NCBI GenBank assembly: GCA_002633005.1
Contig: NMRA01000237.1
Location: 434,001-498,000, forward strand
Length of the DNA stretch: 64,000 bases
Direction of reading: 5' to 3'
Origin: Phoronis australis
Lineage: Eukaryota > Animalia > Phoronida
Made by a program: the position numbers and the translations under genes. A model generated the notes under the pieces. It saw only the letters and a program-made list of their open reading frames with translations, was not told the DNA's origin and made no database searches. This document shows positions 1 to 35,000 of the stretch, piece after piece. Position 1 is the first letter of the stretch; the number at the start of each line of letters is the position of its first letter.

Positions 1-2500
1 GTATTTTTTTACTATTTTTGATTGGTTTTGAATTGTTTGGGATTGAAACTGAAAAGATTTCTTGAGTTTTCACAATGATTTGAATTTTTCTGCAAACTTG
101 TTGAGGTCATTGGCATTTGCTTGCCTGATTCAGAGTTGTCTGGGGACAGATTAAATTATTCCGATTGTTGTTAGAGAATGCAAGGACACTGTTGTTTAGG
201 TAAAAGATCATGGTTCGTTTCGTGGTTTGAATTTGAACTAAACTTGGGTCCAGCAAGTTTAAGCTAAAATTTGGCTTTTTATGCAGAAGTTGGGTGGTTA
301 TTGGAATTGGCCATGCTGTATAGTGAGAACACATTTCTTCACCTCACCTCTTGAACACGACAACTCTTCTGTGTAACTGATCACCGATTCCTGACACTGA
401 CATGTATGACTTGCGAAACAATCCCCTCCAGAACTGGAACGTATTCAGAACACATATCAAAATGTCACCCGTTGTGACGACCTTTTTCATTCTGTAACAC
501 TTCTAAAATCGTGCGACGATATCTACAACACAGCTTGGAAACTATAAAGCATAAGTGTAGTGCTAATTGTCTATCATGAAAAAATATGAAAATTAAGCTT
601 CACTTGTTGGCCATATTATACGATGAAATTCTCGAGACAAAAGAGCCATTGTAGGAATCCCTAATAGTCTGGGTGAATGGTGAAAAAATGCTCAGATTGT
701 GGGAAATTATGAGCATAGTCTATCAATATGCCAAGTTTCACACTTTTTATCACCTTTTGATCAATGTAAGCCTATTTCTTCACACTATAACCAGAATATA
801 AGATTTTTTTTAATTTCACACTTTTTGCTAGGATAAAAAGCATAGTTGTCTCTGCTCTCTGTTTTTGGAAGATTGAATAAGTGGTACAGTTTTTTAGCTG
901 CTCACTTTCAAAAAAATCGTCCGAGACGAAGAAAAATGATGCAAAATCTATTATTGTTGTGTACTCATCACTTGGCAAATTGTGGTATTTCAAGACTTTC
1001 TTACGTGCCTTTGTGCATCTTTTAAACAAACATGAGGCTGAAATTGATGTTTGTGAGTGATTTTTTTTAGTCTGAATGCATGACTCAGAACAAGTCTAGG
1101 TATAGAGAGCAGGCCCAACAATGCTTTTTGATCATCTAAGTTTTTAGTATAGTATTTAGAGTGGTGCAAAGGCTTGTCTTTGTTATGCAGTCAACATCTA
1201 ACTATAAACATGGTGATTTAATAGGGATTTGAACGACAACTCTGTAATCAATTATCAGTTACCTGGTTGGTTCTTTGTTGATAAAAGTGCTGTCATGATG
1301 TACTTGTACAACCTACCTGGTGCGTCTTTCATAGAGATAACACAGTTCTAGTGTGGGTCTGAAAAGGTAACAGAAAGAAGATTATTTAAATGTTACATTT
1401 TGTGAATATTTTACATTCAGATGAGAAGTGGGACCTTCAGCTGTGATTGTTTTGGGATGAATGGGCAGTGACGTAACTATTTGGAACATTCACAAAAACA
1501 AAATTATCTGCCCTCTTCCAAAAATATATTGTTTGGTGTCTGTATCTAATGTGGTCTCATACTTACCGTAATTCTTCACAAAATTCGTACAAAAATTGCA
1601 GCAAAATTGGTCATTTTTCCACTTTTCATTGACTGATTACCTTTTCTAAAATAATGGGAATTTAAACAAAAAAAATGTTTTATAACATCTAATCACTGCA
1701 AACTACACTTGCAGCTAGAGTGTTCTTAGTCTTTACTTTTGTGGAGAACTTTTAACAAAATAGAATTTTACTTGCCAGCCATCTTGTTTGGTTTTTGTGT
1801 GAAGAATTAGGGTACTTAGTTACTTATTACTTGTTGTTCATCTATCTCTGCTTATCTACTGTGTTGATAAAGGTTGTATTTTGTGAATTTGCCACCTGTT
1901 GCCTTATTTTGAAATTGTGTATAGACCAGCAGCAAGTGACAATGAAAAGCACTATTGAATTAGTTATCAAAGAAAAGCGACAAGTACTTCACAAAAGGGT
2001 GCCTTATGTACACTGAACTTGAATTTTGAAAGGCATAAAGATTTGATGCTGGACTATCACCATTGTAGGGATGTCTTTGTGAAACTGATGTTTTGAAAGT
2101 GTCCAAGTTAGGCGTGGGAAAAATTTTTGTTGTCATTCGTTCTGTGGAGAAACGTTTGTCAAGACGTGTGTGTGTGCTTGCTGTAAAATCTCGCCAATTT
2201 CGGACAAAAATTACTGCCAAAATACTGTTTTTCACTTTTCAAGGGCTTCTAGCATTTCCGTAAATGATCGCAATTTTTTGAAACTTTATCTGATGGTAAC
2301 ACAGTTATACAAAACTTGAACGTTGAAATGCATTCAATTTAGTGCTGCATGTTTTATTAACAAAATAAATTTCACTTATTGGCAATGTTGTGTTCTAAAT
2401 TGGTTAGATTTTACCGTATTTGTTCAGAACTTGCGATATCAGTGCAGGATTGTGTGCAATTTGTAATCAGGAATTGATAGGCCACATTGTGTTTTTGCAG

Positions 2501-23044
<20,544 letters not shown>

Positions 23045-25217
23045 GTAGTGTAGCAATGTGTGGCCAATAACCTTGGATAATATGATAACATGCTGAGCAG
23101 GGTGATGTGAAGCCGCAGTCATTTCAGTTCATTGCATGTGGTCAACGCTTCAGCAGATTAATACCAAGTTGCCCCTGACTTAAAATGGGTCACATTGTGA
23201 TGGATCCACTGTTACGAATCCCACGAGGGGTTGGTAAGTGGTTTGAAAAATAGTAAAACTTGATTTGTGACGTGCACTGCCTTGTCGCGCAGGTCATAAG
23301 GGAGCAATCTGGGGCTCAAGTTTTATTTGATGATGGGTGCAGTGAATTATGCCAAGGTTTGCCAAGGTTCTTTCTGTATCTACAAAGAACTGGTTTGACT
23401 TGCAACGTACGCGAGCTTGGGTAGCGCACTCTCCATTATAAGTCAGGGCAGCATTTGCTGACTGCGGCTTCAATACATATCTAATCTTATGTATGGCGTA
23501 GTTGATGGTCAAATATTCAGTTACTTAGGTTTTGTGCATGCCGTTTTGTTCACAGTTTAATACTAACACAGCTGTTGTGTTACATGACTAATTTATTTCA
23601 TAATTTCAAAAAAGTGGCAAGTAGATTTTCAGTATCCAGAAAAATTTTTAACTTCATTATTCATGCTGATATTTGACACATTTACAGCTATGCATCCGAA
23701 AGACAATTATGGTTTCAGGATATAAATAAAACACAACACCTTTGTTTTGAAAAAATTCTAATTTAGGAAAGGCACAAAAATTGCACACTTAATTATGTAG
23801 TTATAATAAAAACCGCATTTTTATAGCATAATTTGCACCTGAATTAGAATGTTAGCTTTTGAGGCATTTCGTACACCACACGTATTTCTGTACTTTATAC
23901 GCGACAATAAAATCACCGTTAATTATCACATAGTGCAACACCGCGTCGCAATTGGCGACTCGATATTCACTAGGTGGCGCTAATGAATAAGGCTACCTCT
24001 TTTTAGCATCTGAATAGATTGAGAGCCAAAAGCAGTTAATCTGCTCACTTGACTACCCGAATGCATACTTTTATACAGGTAGGACCATTGTCTTCTTTGC
24101 GCCACCTAGTGAATTTTTTAGTCCTCCATTGCTTTTTGCAATCACAGAGTAGAAGTTGCACTAATAATGTATCTTCAAGTGGCTATAAACCGCATTCCGT
24201 CCATGAAGAGACGTGTCAATGTAGACCGCTTACTGATATAAATTGGTTTTGACTAGTTCCTTAGTTGGATGAGAAGGGATTTCTGGGTTTTCAACGGATT
24301 CACTTGTTATTTGTTAAAACCACGCTCGGTGCATAAAATGACTTGCAGTGGCAAGCCAACTTCTCGAACCTGGTCTCAAGCTATAAGGAACTGTCAGTTC
24401 TTTTGAGACTCTGAAATCTCCTACAATGTGACTAAAGAACAAGTAGAGACCAATTTTGTAATGGTTAGTGATTTAAATCAAGGGTGGGTTTTTGTGACAG
24501 TAGATGGGTTTGTAGCCGCGTTATCAGGCTCGTTTTCGAACATCCACTGAAGAAAATATTTTAAAGTTCAGTGAGAATTGATAAAGTGTTAATTATTAGT
24601 CAGCGACGTTATATGTCGTGTTGACATACTTTCTCAAAGCACACTGAATTTGCATATTTATATATAGCATTTTATACTATAATATATCTATTTATATTTT
24701 TCTCTCATATGAAACAGTTAAATAACGACGTTGCATATTTTATTGATTGGAAGCTCCTTTGTATTTTTGTACCCTGTTGTAAATACCTTGAATGCCATAA
24801 CACTTTTTAGATAGTGTACAACAGTGTCAATGAGTTTGTCTACTCACACCTTTATGAAGTTGTAATTTTATAGTTATGAAAGTCGAATCACGTTACAACA
24901 AACCTAAAATGTTCTTTCTGTGAAGCTGATATTTTGGACAGAACCACCAGGTTGGGATGTTAGCAAATGTTGTAACCAACCTTCCTGTATCAAAATCATA
25001 TTTTATGAAAAGTTGGCTTGAGACTTGTGAAATGGAATGTTACAAGCTGTCAAATGGTGTATATGTTAGGTTTGTTTTGATGTGGTTTAACTGTATTGGC
25101 TTATTTGCGTTTTGCATTGACTGACATGTTTTGAGCTCTATTAGTCTTTAGTAATAGCAATAGATGAAATGTTATTGCTTGGGAAAAGCATTTGCATGTT
25201 TGGAGTGTTTTGTTGGC

Positions 25218-25223
25218 AATAAA
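25218..25223 (+). terminator. Candidate polyadenylation signal of the MLCK gene
   Basis: AATAAA followed by a GT/T-rich tract at the end of a 3'UTR-like AT-rich stretch; alternative AATAAA at 23725 and 23906. Confidence 0.35.
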
Positions 25224-28200
25224 CTTGTATTTCTGACGATATTGTGTTTGACAACTAATGTTTGAAGATTGTACGTTTTGTTACATTTTGTTGTTTAGCA
25301 TAGAACTTGTAAACTATTTGAATCCATAAATTTTTCATGATTATCTGCATTTTAGCAGTACAGTCTTGTCAAAAATTTTCATGTTGTGTGATCGGTTATC
25401 AAACTTGTTGAAGAATTTTTTGTACTACTTTGTCAACGTCAGCGTACTCACTCTGCTGTACTGACTCTGCCGCTGAACATAAAGATGTTGAGATCAACTT
25501 TTCAGTGGAAAGTGGTCTGAATCAAATGTTAGTGTATTTGACAGAAGGCTTTCCTAGAGCAGTTTTAAAAATTCTTTTTACTGTGGTAAACCCTCACCAA
25601 TTTAAGACACGATAGAACAGGCAACTGAAATTTATTTTCCCACTTTTAAAGTAAAAAGTAGCAAAAAATTTTTGCTTATAATTTATCAGTTGTGTTATGT
25701 AGCTACCATCAGGCACTATTTTTAAAATTGTGTGCACAGCCCCAGAAGTGCTTGAAAACATGAAAAATATCTGTTTTGACAATAACTTTTGTCCGAAATT
25801 GTTGAAATTTCACTGTAGTAGTATTTCAATCACTAATGAAGTTTTGTTAATAAGCAAGACCCACCTTTTCTTTCATCTCACCTTGCAATTCATCTTCGAC
25901 ACAAGTCTTCAAGTCAAACTGATAGTTGCCACATCATCCCTAGTTCTAAAACTTGTAGAAAGATGTCGCTTCTACTCATAAAACCGAGTCACCTGAAAGC
26001 ACAAACTTTTCTTATGCAGAACACTATTCCAATGTTTTATGCACTAAGACAACAGACACAAAGTATTGTTTTATCCTTTTGTCTGCTAACACCATAAAAC
26101 ATTTATTTATGACAGAAAGATGAGATGAATAATGCAGTAAACATCTTTGTACCCCACTGCGTAATAAGAGTGAATGACTAAAGTTTTCTTTGTGGCGGTA
26201 TGCATGATGCATAGCACACTTGCGTTACTTTGCTCCATAATGAACCTTGTTTATTTTATTCCCAGTATAACAGATGTTATTTTTGTTGCATCACAAGTTT
26301 TTGGCGTCTTCCAAATGATACGCACGTGACTGGCATCCATGTGCGTCAGTTTTGTCCAAATGTAATAAGGGAGTTTTGCTCTCATTTAGACTGTGCTAAT
26401 CTCTTACTACACAGTGTAACGTGTCACTGTTACTCACTGGCAAAGCAGTCATTAAAGTGACATATGTACATTGGCTAATCACTAATAATAACTTATTAGA
26501 TGTTCACCACTTCTGAGCTTGCTTAGACAGCATTGCCTCAAATCTTCTTAGCAATTGATTGGGTTCAATGGATTCATGTATTACACATGTCTGCATAGAA
26601 TAGCTGTTCTACAATGACTGAACACCACAGATGCCTGTCTTTGTGCAAATGGTGATTTGTTAATTGAGAGACAGATGATATAGCTGTCTCTTGTGATCAC
26701 GATTGTTTGACATCACAGTCATTCCTCAAGTGAATAGTAAAGTTAATATGGCTCTTATCACTTATATCGCGGGCGAAACACTTCTTATTCCTGCACAGAA
26801 ATCGATCCCTTCTTAGCATCGAGATAGCCTCATTTGAAAACGAAGCTCAAGTAATTGGTACCGGTCTTGCATGCTAGCAAGGAAGAAGGAATTTGGAGTT
26901 TTGGAATTGACAATTAGTCCGCACAATTTCTTTGTCTGTAGTGGCCACTACAGTTATAAGAGCTGCTTTATTTTAAAGTTTTAAGTGCAGGATTGGAATG
27001 AATGTTGTTTCTGTAGGATGCTATGGTTGCTTGATTGTTGGATATCAGCTTTTCATACAGCTTCAGTGGTTATAGCTACCGGAACCTTTAGGTTACTTTT
27101 GTAAAGGAAGGTTCCTCAGATCTACTTCTTTCCCCAGGGCATAAGCCATTATAAAACTGTTGTCCTCATAATTATTCAGGTTACACAAAAAAGTTGAGGA
27201 ATTTTGCACGGATGAACATCTTGGTAACTTGTTAGTTTGGCAGATTTTCTTCAGTTTTGTATATTTTTCGCTCATTTTCCATGGGGTGACTTTTTTGAAT
27301 TCCCAAAAATGTTACAGTTTGTTGACAACTGTGCAGACCATATGTCCATTATGAAATAAATATTTCAAGATATCTATTTTAGTTGAGAAATTTGCACAAA
27401 CTAAAAGTTTATACAATTCCATAGTCTTATATTCTAAGAGAAATTTTAGATATCCATATCCTGTTCCCATGCCATCTGCATAGTGTTGGAATTATTTGGG
27501 TATCGCATATATTACTTGGAATTCCTAAATCCCTAAGTTAGTTATTGGTAGCTTTTTAAAGTTATAGTATTTGGCCAGTACATAAAGGAACATCCTATTT
27601 CAAAAACACGAAAATTGAATGCTAATTTTGTTGTGTCGAAATTGCCAAATTCCAACCGAATTATATCCCAGGATTTGTAGTGGTGAATCTTTCCATTGAC
27701 TCAGTCAGTGATCTCTGGTTTATGATTTTATTCCATGTAATTTGGAATGCTAATTTCTCGTATTGACAACCCCAAAACAAATTTTCCATTCCAAAACATG
27801 GAAAGAAATAATGGTTTTCAAAGACGGCCTTCATGAAGCTTTAATTTAAGCTAAAAGCAATATTTAACTTTTAAGGTGGTCACCCAAAGTCTGCCAGTGA
27901 TATGAAAATTGAGGAAACTGCAACTCGTTACCTGTATTTATGTGAGCATGCATGGACTCTACTGACACTTCCTTTTTTAGCATTTGGGCAATCTCCTAAT
28001 TCCTTGTGTTCAGGTGTGTATAAGTCTTACCCATGGACTCAATGTCTTTATCTCTGTAGAGTGCTTGGGCTTGTGGTGAACTTTTTGTATCATCTCGTGA
28101 CGCATGTCAAACATAAACAATTGATTTTTGTATTATCTAGAGACCCATTGTTAGTTCTAAATCAGATCTAGTGACATTAACAGCAAGTAAACAGCCATAC

Positions 28201-29041
28201 CTTTCTGGTATTGGGCATTGTTCTTATTGGGATTATTTGGCCCTTAGCTTGCCTTATCATGATCTTTGGAATGTATGTTTTAATTGATATCAGCATTTGA
28301 ACAATGGACCTTGCTATTTTCTAGTACCCCTCTGGTATATCATGTTCTGTTATCAATGGGTTTGTAGATAATGGCACAATCAAAGGCTTAGTGTAACTGG
28401 CATTTTTTACCATTGGGTGGACATTTGGGGTTAAATGATGTAACCATTATTGACCTAGAACTATGCATTACAACATCAAAGGTGACCTGGTATATTTGAT
28501 TTGTGAAGATGGGGATTAATTACAGGAGTGTTGAGGACTAGGACTCCTGACCTGAACCCTACAGCGGGTCACTGGAGCTGTCATGGTATATCTAGCCATG
28601 TCTGCATAGATTGTATGACATACATTTTACTAAGGATAGTCTCAACACATCAGACACTATTTATGGCCATTTGAATGTTGTGAGGTGCTGAATTCAAAGG
28701 GTCAGCCCTTATTGGATTAGGAAGTAATTGAGATAAGTTGTTGTATTTGGTGTGAAAGGAGACAGCAATAATTGTGAGCATTGATGTAAGCTACATGATA
28801 TACAAAACATCTATGCTGGTGTTATTAGTATATTAGCCTGGAGATGTATAATTTATGATGCAACCTCTGAAGCCTTGATCCTACATGTGTTGCCCTAAGT
28901 GCTCAGAGTCAGTGGATTACTATGGAAACGTGTGGTTGTCACGCTGTGGAAAAAGGACTGGATTGTCATACTCTTGACACATAGTTTTTCAATGCTGTTG
29001 AAGCTAATGGTTAACTTCAGTTGAGAGGATTACTGAGCAGG

Positions 29042-29078
29042 ATGCCACTGTCAAATTTATTCACGTGCGGATGTGTAG
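29042..29078 (+). CDS. Candidate first coding exon of the obscurin-like gene (MPLSNLFTCGCVG)
   Basis: gcaggATG with A at -3; in-frame TAA upstream at 29012-29014; ends GTAG|gtaagg in phase 1, compatible with the acceptor at 34084. Confidence 0.5.
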
Positions 29079-32000
29079 GTAAGGCTGTAGCTGTAATGTT
29101 GCTCACAACAGTTATGACTTTAACATTTCTGTGGTAAGAGGTGTCATACAATGCCATTGTCAGTTAATCCTGCATTAGGAACAGGAAATGGAAGTGCAAA
29201 GGTTCCTTATGGGTAGAAATCAGTCGGATGGGTAAGGCAAATTTCCGCGATCATTTGGGTTTATCTGAATAAGGTCAAAAGTGTAATTGTGTTATGCTCA
29301 TTGGCCATATGGTCTTTATTGTGCTTACATATCTCTTGCTCAAGGATTATTTAATATACAGATGTCAACATCTATTGACTAGAGACAACTATAAACCTAA
29401 GTGTGGGGAAAATATTAGTGTTTTGGTCTCAGAGCTGCATGCATTTGTAATCTAAAGAAGGAGGCTTCAGGTGGTTTGAAGCCTGTGACAAAAATGCAGG
29501 CCCCAACCTGACTGAGTATTAAACTGGATGAAATCATATTGTCTGGTCACTGACTCTGTGGCATTGCGAGCAGTTTTTTGGAGCAACTGTGGTGGTGTCT
29601 GTTGATTAAATCCTAACTCACCATTACTTGATGCTACATTACTACACAACAACTGGTGTAGTTAGGCAAAAATATCTTAATAACTTGAATGACTGGCATT
29701 GAGCCACTATCAGGACTATAGTAGTTTAGAATCCACATCATGGTCACAGGCGAATTTAAAGGTCAGAAAGATAAATTTTTCTAAAAAACTTTGCTCGAAA
29801 ATTTCATTGAATCTGGAGGGTGAAAGTTCCATACGCTACACCCCTCACTCGGCTAATGTGCGTACCTTAAGTGTTGTCAAGACTGTGCCGGGGATGGAAA
29901 GCATAACTCGTGAATACGGAACAAGAAATTTACTATGTTGTTATGAGTAAAAAGAGATTACAGTGTTATGTTTTGGGTTGCAGCAATTGGGAAAATGATA
30001 TAGGATGATGATAAAATGCTAGACATAGAGCACAGTGTAGATTGTTAACCCACTTGGCTTTAGAATAATATGTGTAACTTTGTTAACCATATGATACAGT
30101 TGACCTATTCAAGTTAATTATGCGTGGAACATTATATGATATAGATATAAACATATACACACTAGAGAATAATCAATAGTACTGAGGTGACACCTGATTT
30201 GACTCAATATTGTTTGATCACCTGTGGTAAATATTGTGGCACAATGCTTACTACATAGTACCATTGTACCCTTCCAAATGAAAACTGAAACCAAAGAGGG
30301 ATTCTCTCCATGTAATGTATTGGGGACTGTGCCACTGTACAGACAAAATGCAGACCATTTGTAATGCCTGGATAGAGACATGTGGGTACCTGCAACGGGG
30401 AAAAATTCTACCCGAGACATTTATTTACCATTTTCCCATAATGCAAAGGGCCTGTGATGCCTGTTTAGGGACTTCATAGTCTGTAAACTAGACCAAAATG
30501 CTCATGTGACAACTCTATGCTAACATTTGGGTTTTTGTTTACCAATGCATAAGCGAGCCTAAGTCAGGCTGTGACTAACCTTTAATCGATTCTAAAATTG
30601 ACGCTCGTTGCTTAGCCGCGATGCTGAAGAAAACCTCTTCTCTAATTTCTCTTGAAATACGTCAATTTTAGAAATTCAAAGATGGCTACTATTTAGTTTT
30701 CATTTTTAAAACCAGTCATGTTGGTCGTTTGCCTTACTTATTGTTCGTTTTTACGTTGGAGCTCGTACCCTAAACAGACGTGTTGGATTACGACTGCAAT
30801 TATCTCATCCAACACATTCAGTCATGCCTATGAATAGCGACAAGCTCACGTCACTTCGTGACACTGTGCAATCAAGCCTTTGATATGCCGAGGAATTCTC
30901 TGCATACTCTGGGGTAAACAGTGCATGCTTTCTCGTCCTCTACAAATCCTGTTAGCATAAGATTTTGCCTAATGTGTTATCACCAATTTGAGTAGAGTAC
31001 AGACCAAAAAGTGAAAACAATCACCTTGGTTCATTAAGTATCAGCTAATGCGTGAGTGCGTGAAATTAAAGACTCGCGGTTTGCTCAGGGATGACTGTTG
31101 TTCCGAGTAGGTGTGCTAGCTGCACAGGCCTCAGTTCTATCACCATGACGATAGTGTGTTATGAATACAACAGTAGACTTCTGTTTCATGTTAATTCGAC
31201 AAAAAATAATGCGAGTCATATCAGGCTGCATTTCAAGAGAAAAATTGATTGCCTGGAGTAATTTTTGTGTGTAATGACACTCTTAATAATGTTAATGGCA
31301 CAAATTGAACAATGCCCCTCCATTAAGGTGTAGGTCCTTGGGAAGGCACCTCCTGTTGCACATAGTTTAGTTGACAGCTTTAAATCGTGTAATAGGTCAC
31401 AGTCGGACATGTCAGAAATACACAATGCTTTTAAGACGATAGAATTTTTCTTCATTATTGAGTGGGATCTCCACGTTTTTCCCGGAAATCTGCGATGGGG
31501 CCTGTTCTAAATTACCATACCGCTAATCTGTGTTGAATGATATCGACATTGCCACACATCTGTCGAGCCGTAACTTCGCGGTTATTTTCTCAATTTCATT
31601 TTGACAAACTAGGCAGATGTCTTGTGCTCTGGGAAGCCATTATGTTTCACTTTTAATTGCCAGTTATTGTAAGTAGAATTTTCATAGTTTTGGTTATGGG
31701 TGACTTCGAGCTGTTCATTGTATTTTCTATTTACAAAAAGCACCGTGGGTGTATTTTTTGGTTGTACTGGGTGTCTTTAAATGAGATTTTCATGAAACCG
31801 CCCAGGGCACAGTTTGAAAATTGGCAAATGTTGATCAAGTCAATATTGACAATCATGCTTGCAACCCATATGTTGCGGCTATCGAATTTCATCAGTTTTA
31901 CTGAATGTCAGATGGACGATATCAATGACATATTGAAATCGTGCTCAAGATAGGGGATAAGGGGCCCTGTCACAACATGTCTGAGCATGACCTTAAGTCT

Positions 32001-35000
32001 TTACGGACTTGTCTGGATGATTGGAAATGGGAATCGTTTACCGGAACCTTCACTCGGACACAACATGGGATTCTTGTGTGGACTGTTACAAGTCTTTCAT
32101 ATGTTTATTTACGTGCCACTCAGTTTTAGCTCCTCGAGAGAACCATCTTGATGTCAACAGCAAGTTTGCATTGATCCTGTGATCCGGAAACAGATTGCTT
32201 TAATTCTGCACGTGTGTGCACCGCAGATCATAGCCTCAATAGATCATGTGATGTGCCATTCATGACTGTCAGCAGTAGCACACATCATATTATCAATGCT
32301 TCTCGATGCGCATTTGCAAAAATGGAATCTACATCCTTGCTACTGGAACAGTCACATGAATGAATAGGGAATTTTAGGCATATCTTTAGGAAAATTTCGT
32401 AAGACCATCAGTAAATATGTTGGTATATGCACTCCACCTATTTGGGTGTTAGGATGACTGAACATGTGAAACAATAGTACGGTGTTCTTTATGGTAGCAT
32501 CAACAGACTGAGGCATGGAGGAGTGGACTTCAATTTTGTGTTGTCTGCATTACCGTATGTTATTTCAGTTAAACCTGCTGCATTTACCCATGTTAAGCCA
32601 TCAATGTTGAATTCTTTATGAAATACTTTGGAGTTAAAAACATCACCATCCAATTGTCTGACCTTGAATTGCTGATGAATCAATGAGTGTGCCGCTCAAG
32701 TCATAGGCAATGTGTACATGCGCCATTTTTGAATTTGCAACTTTCGCATTTGCCAACCGAAATAAACTCAGAAGTATTTAGTTGTGTTGCTGATGGTTTC
32801 AATGCTTGAATGGTAACAGAAATAAAATCCCACCACAGTAAGGACTAATATGAGACCGAGTTTATGAAAGGCTTAATTCAATTCTCGTTTTTAGCGTGTG
32901 AAAGTGACAAAATGCAGTCTTAATTATTTGTGCTTACATTTTACTGATATAATAAAATCTAAGGTGCGTTTGGTGGTAGTCCTGAAGCACTGAATGTTGC
33001 GAGAAATCTTCATTTATAGAATGACAATAGTGACTTCTATCACTTGTTTCAACATTCCAACCTCATGGAACAACTTCAGTGGATGCAATTTTAAGCCAAC
33101 GTACTGTGGTAAGGTCCCTTTTGCGTGATCTTGGTTTTTGGTGAGTTTCCTGTAACTGCTGAACGTTCTTGAGTGTTATTGTATAACTAAGAAGAGGTTC
33201 ATAGTTTGGATGCAAATGCAGAATTAATGATATACTGTAACTACATTGATTGAGAACATGTTTCTTTTCCACATTCGTTGTTTTAGTGCCGATCTTTTCC
33301 AGATGAATTTTGTTATGCGAAGTGGTTTTGCTAAAGGATACATAATTTGTACTATTATGCGTAATTCATAGTAATTTACAACATGTATGGACTACTCACT
33401 TCAAAGATTTCATTGCTTGTCTTTGGAATTTTGTAAATTAGATTTCATCATTTAAGCTTAAACACAGCATGTTAAGTTCTACACTTACACAATTTGTTTT
33501 CATGTGTTTTTGACCAATGTTAAGCTGTAAAATGCAATATACCTCCTAAAGCAAAAGGCATTTCTGAAACACAGAAACCTCTAAAACATAACCGAAATAT
33601 ACTGGTGCAAAAATCACAGGAAAGTTTAGTATCAAATAGTGTTTAGTTTTGAAATGAAGTAACCGCTGTTGTGCAAGTTTGTACATATGTATACTAACAA
33701 GATATATGCATGGGTATTTAACAGCGTGTGTGCATCCTAATATCTCTTGAACACCTTACATTTGAAATTTGTTTGAATCTCCACCTTGAAAATATTCAGG
33801 TTTGTACCTTTCATTCTTTTCAATCCTTGAATAAGAATTATCAAATATTTTGACCAGATTAAATTTTAACATTATTATTATTAAGTTAACACATTTTTCG
33901 GATTGGACATTATCCTATGGTTTACACTATCAGTGAGAATCAATTCAGTCAACCAGTTTTTAAAACACATCCATAGAAGCATTTTGAAGTGACTGACCGA
34001 CAATGTCAGCAACCAGGTAGTAGTTGGACGGGTTCACCTTTTAAATTATTTTGCATAAAACTGCTGTCCACTTATACATCCAGGTAAGCGGAAGAAACCA
34101 AAAGACAAATCAAAGAAGCCAAGTGAAAAACTAGACGATGACTTGGGAACCACCGAAGTTGAAGAGGCCAAATTACCTCCAGATGGCGCTGCCGTAGGTG
34201 ACGGCAAGGTTGCAGGTAAGAGGATGATTTAAGTGGAGTAGATGAGCATGCATGCTGTAGATAAATTAAATGAGGGTCACTGTCCTACTGATAAGTTATT
34301 GCATGGATTTTGAGGAGTCATTAGAAGTGAATGGTGAAAGCCGTGAAACTAGAGTTCATCCGCAGTTAGTGTTGAATATATTTGCTTGAATAGCTGTTCT
34401 GTCATTTGTGAGACTAAGGATTATTTGGTGTAGAACCTCAAAAGTTCCCCCGTGTGTGTCTTGTGAAGCTTGTATAGTGCAAACATTAAGAATGTAATAA
34501 AAAACTTTCTTAATATTTTTGTTAGGAAATTTGAGAAAACAAAATTGCACTTGCTTGCTGCATTATATCTTAAATTAGAGGATTTTTAACCAAAATTATG
34601 AATACCCGAATTTTATCGTAGGTTTTGTATGTAGTTTTACATTATTGTCGTAAGCTTGTGATGCTGGTGGCATGGTTTCAGTAAATAAATACCTTGTTTA
34701 GCTGGGAATTTTAATTGGATATAGATCTAGGCACTTGCCTACGGGATCTAATGTTGGACATAGCAAAGGGAGCGCTTTGAAGTATTACACTTATCATGTA
34801 ATTGCGGTTCATTGTAAAAAAATCTAATATGTGTGTCACTAATGGTGGGGGCATATAGCAAAAATGGCTCCTATGTGAAAGGGACTGAGCTAATAGGGGT
34901 CCGAACTCCTGCTATTCCTGTTTGATTTGTATTTGAATAGAATAACTGGAACAAACAATCGGGGTATATTGAGCACTAAATATATATGACTATTACCTTG

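Noticed and set aside
1-2500. Upstream MLCK exons or an independent gene in the short ORFs
   Set aside because: No open segment with Ig-like sequence and a fitting phase-0 donor was found; region is mostly repeat relics.
29021-29041. Acceptor cttcag at 29020 giving a phase-0 extension LRGLLSR that could join MLCK RRKWQ to the obscurin start
   Set aside because: Weak polypyrimidine tract and would require skipping the strong 22478 exon; more simply 5'UTR.
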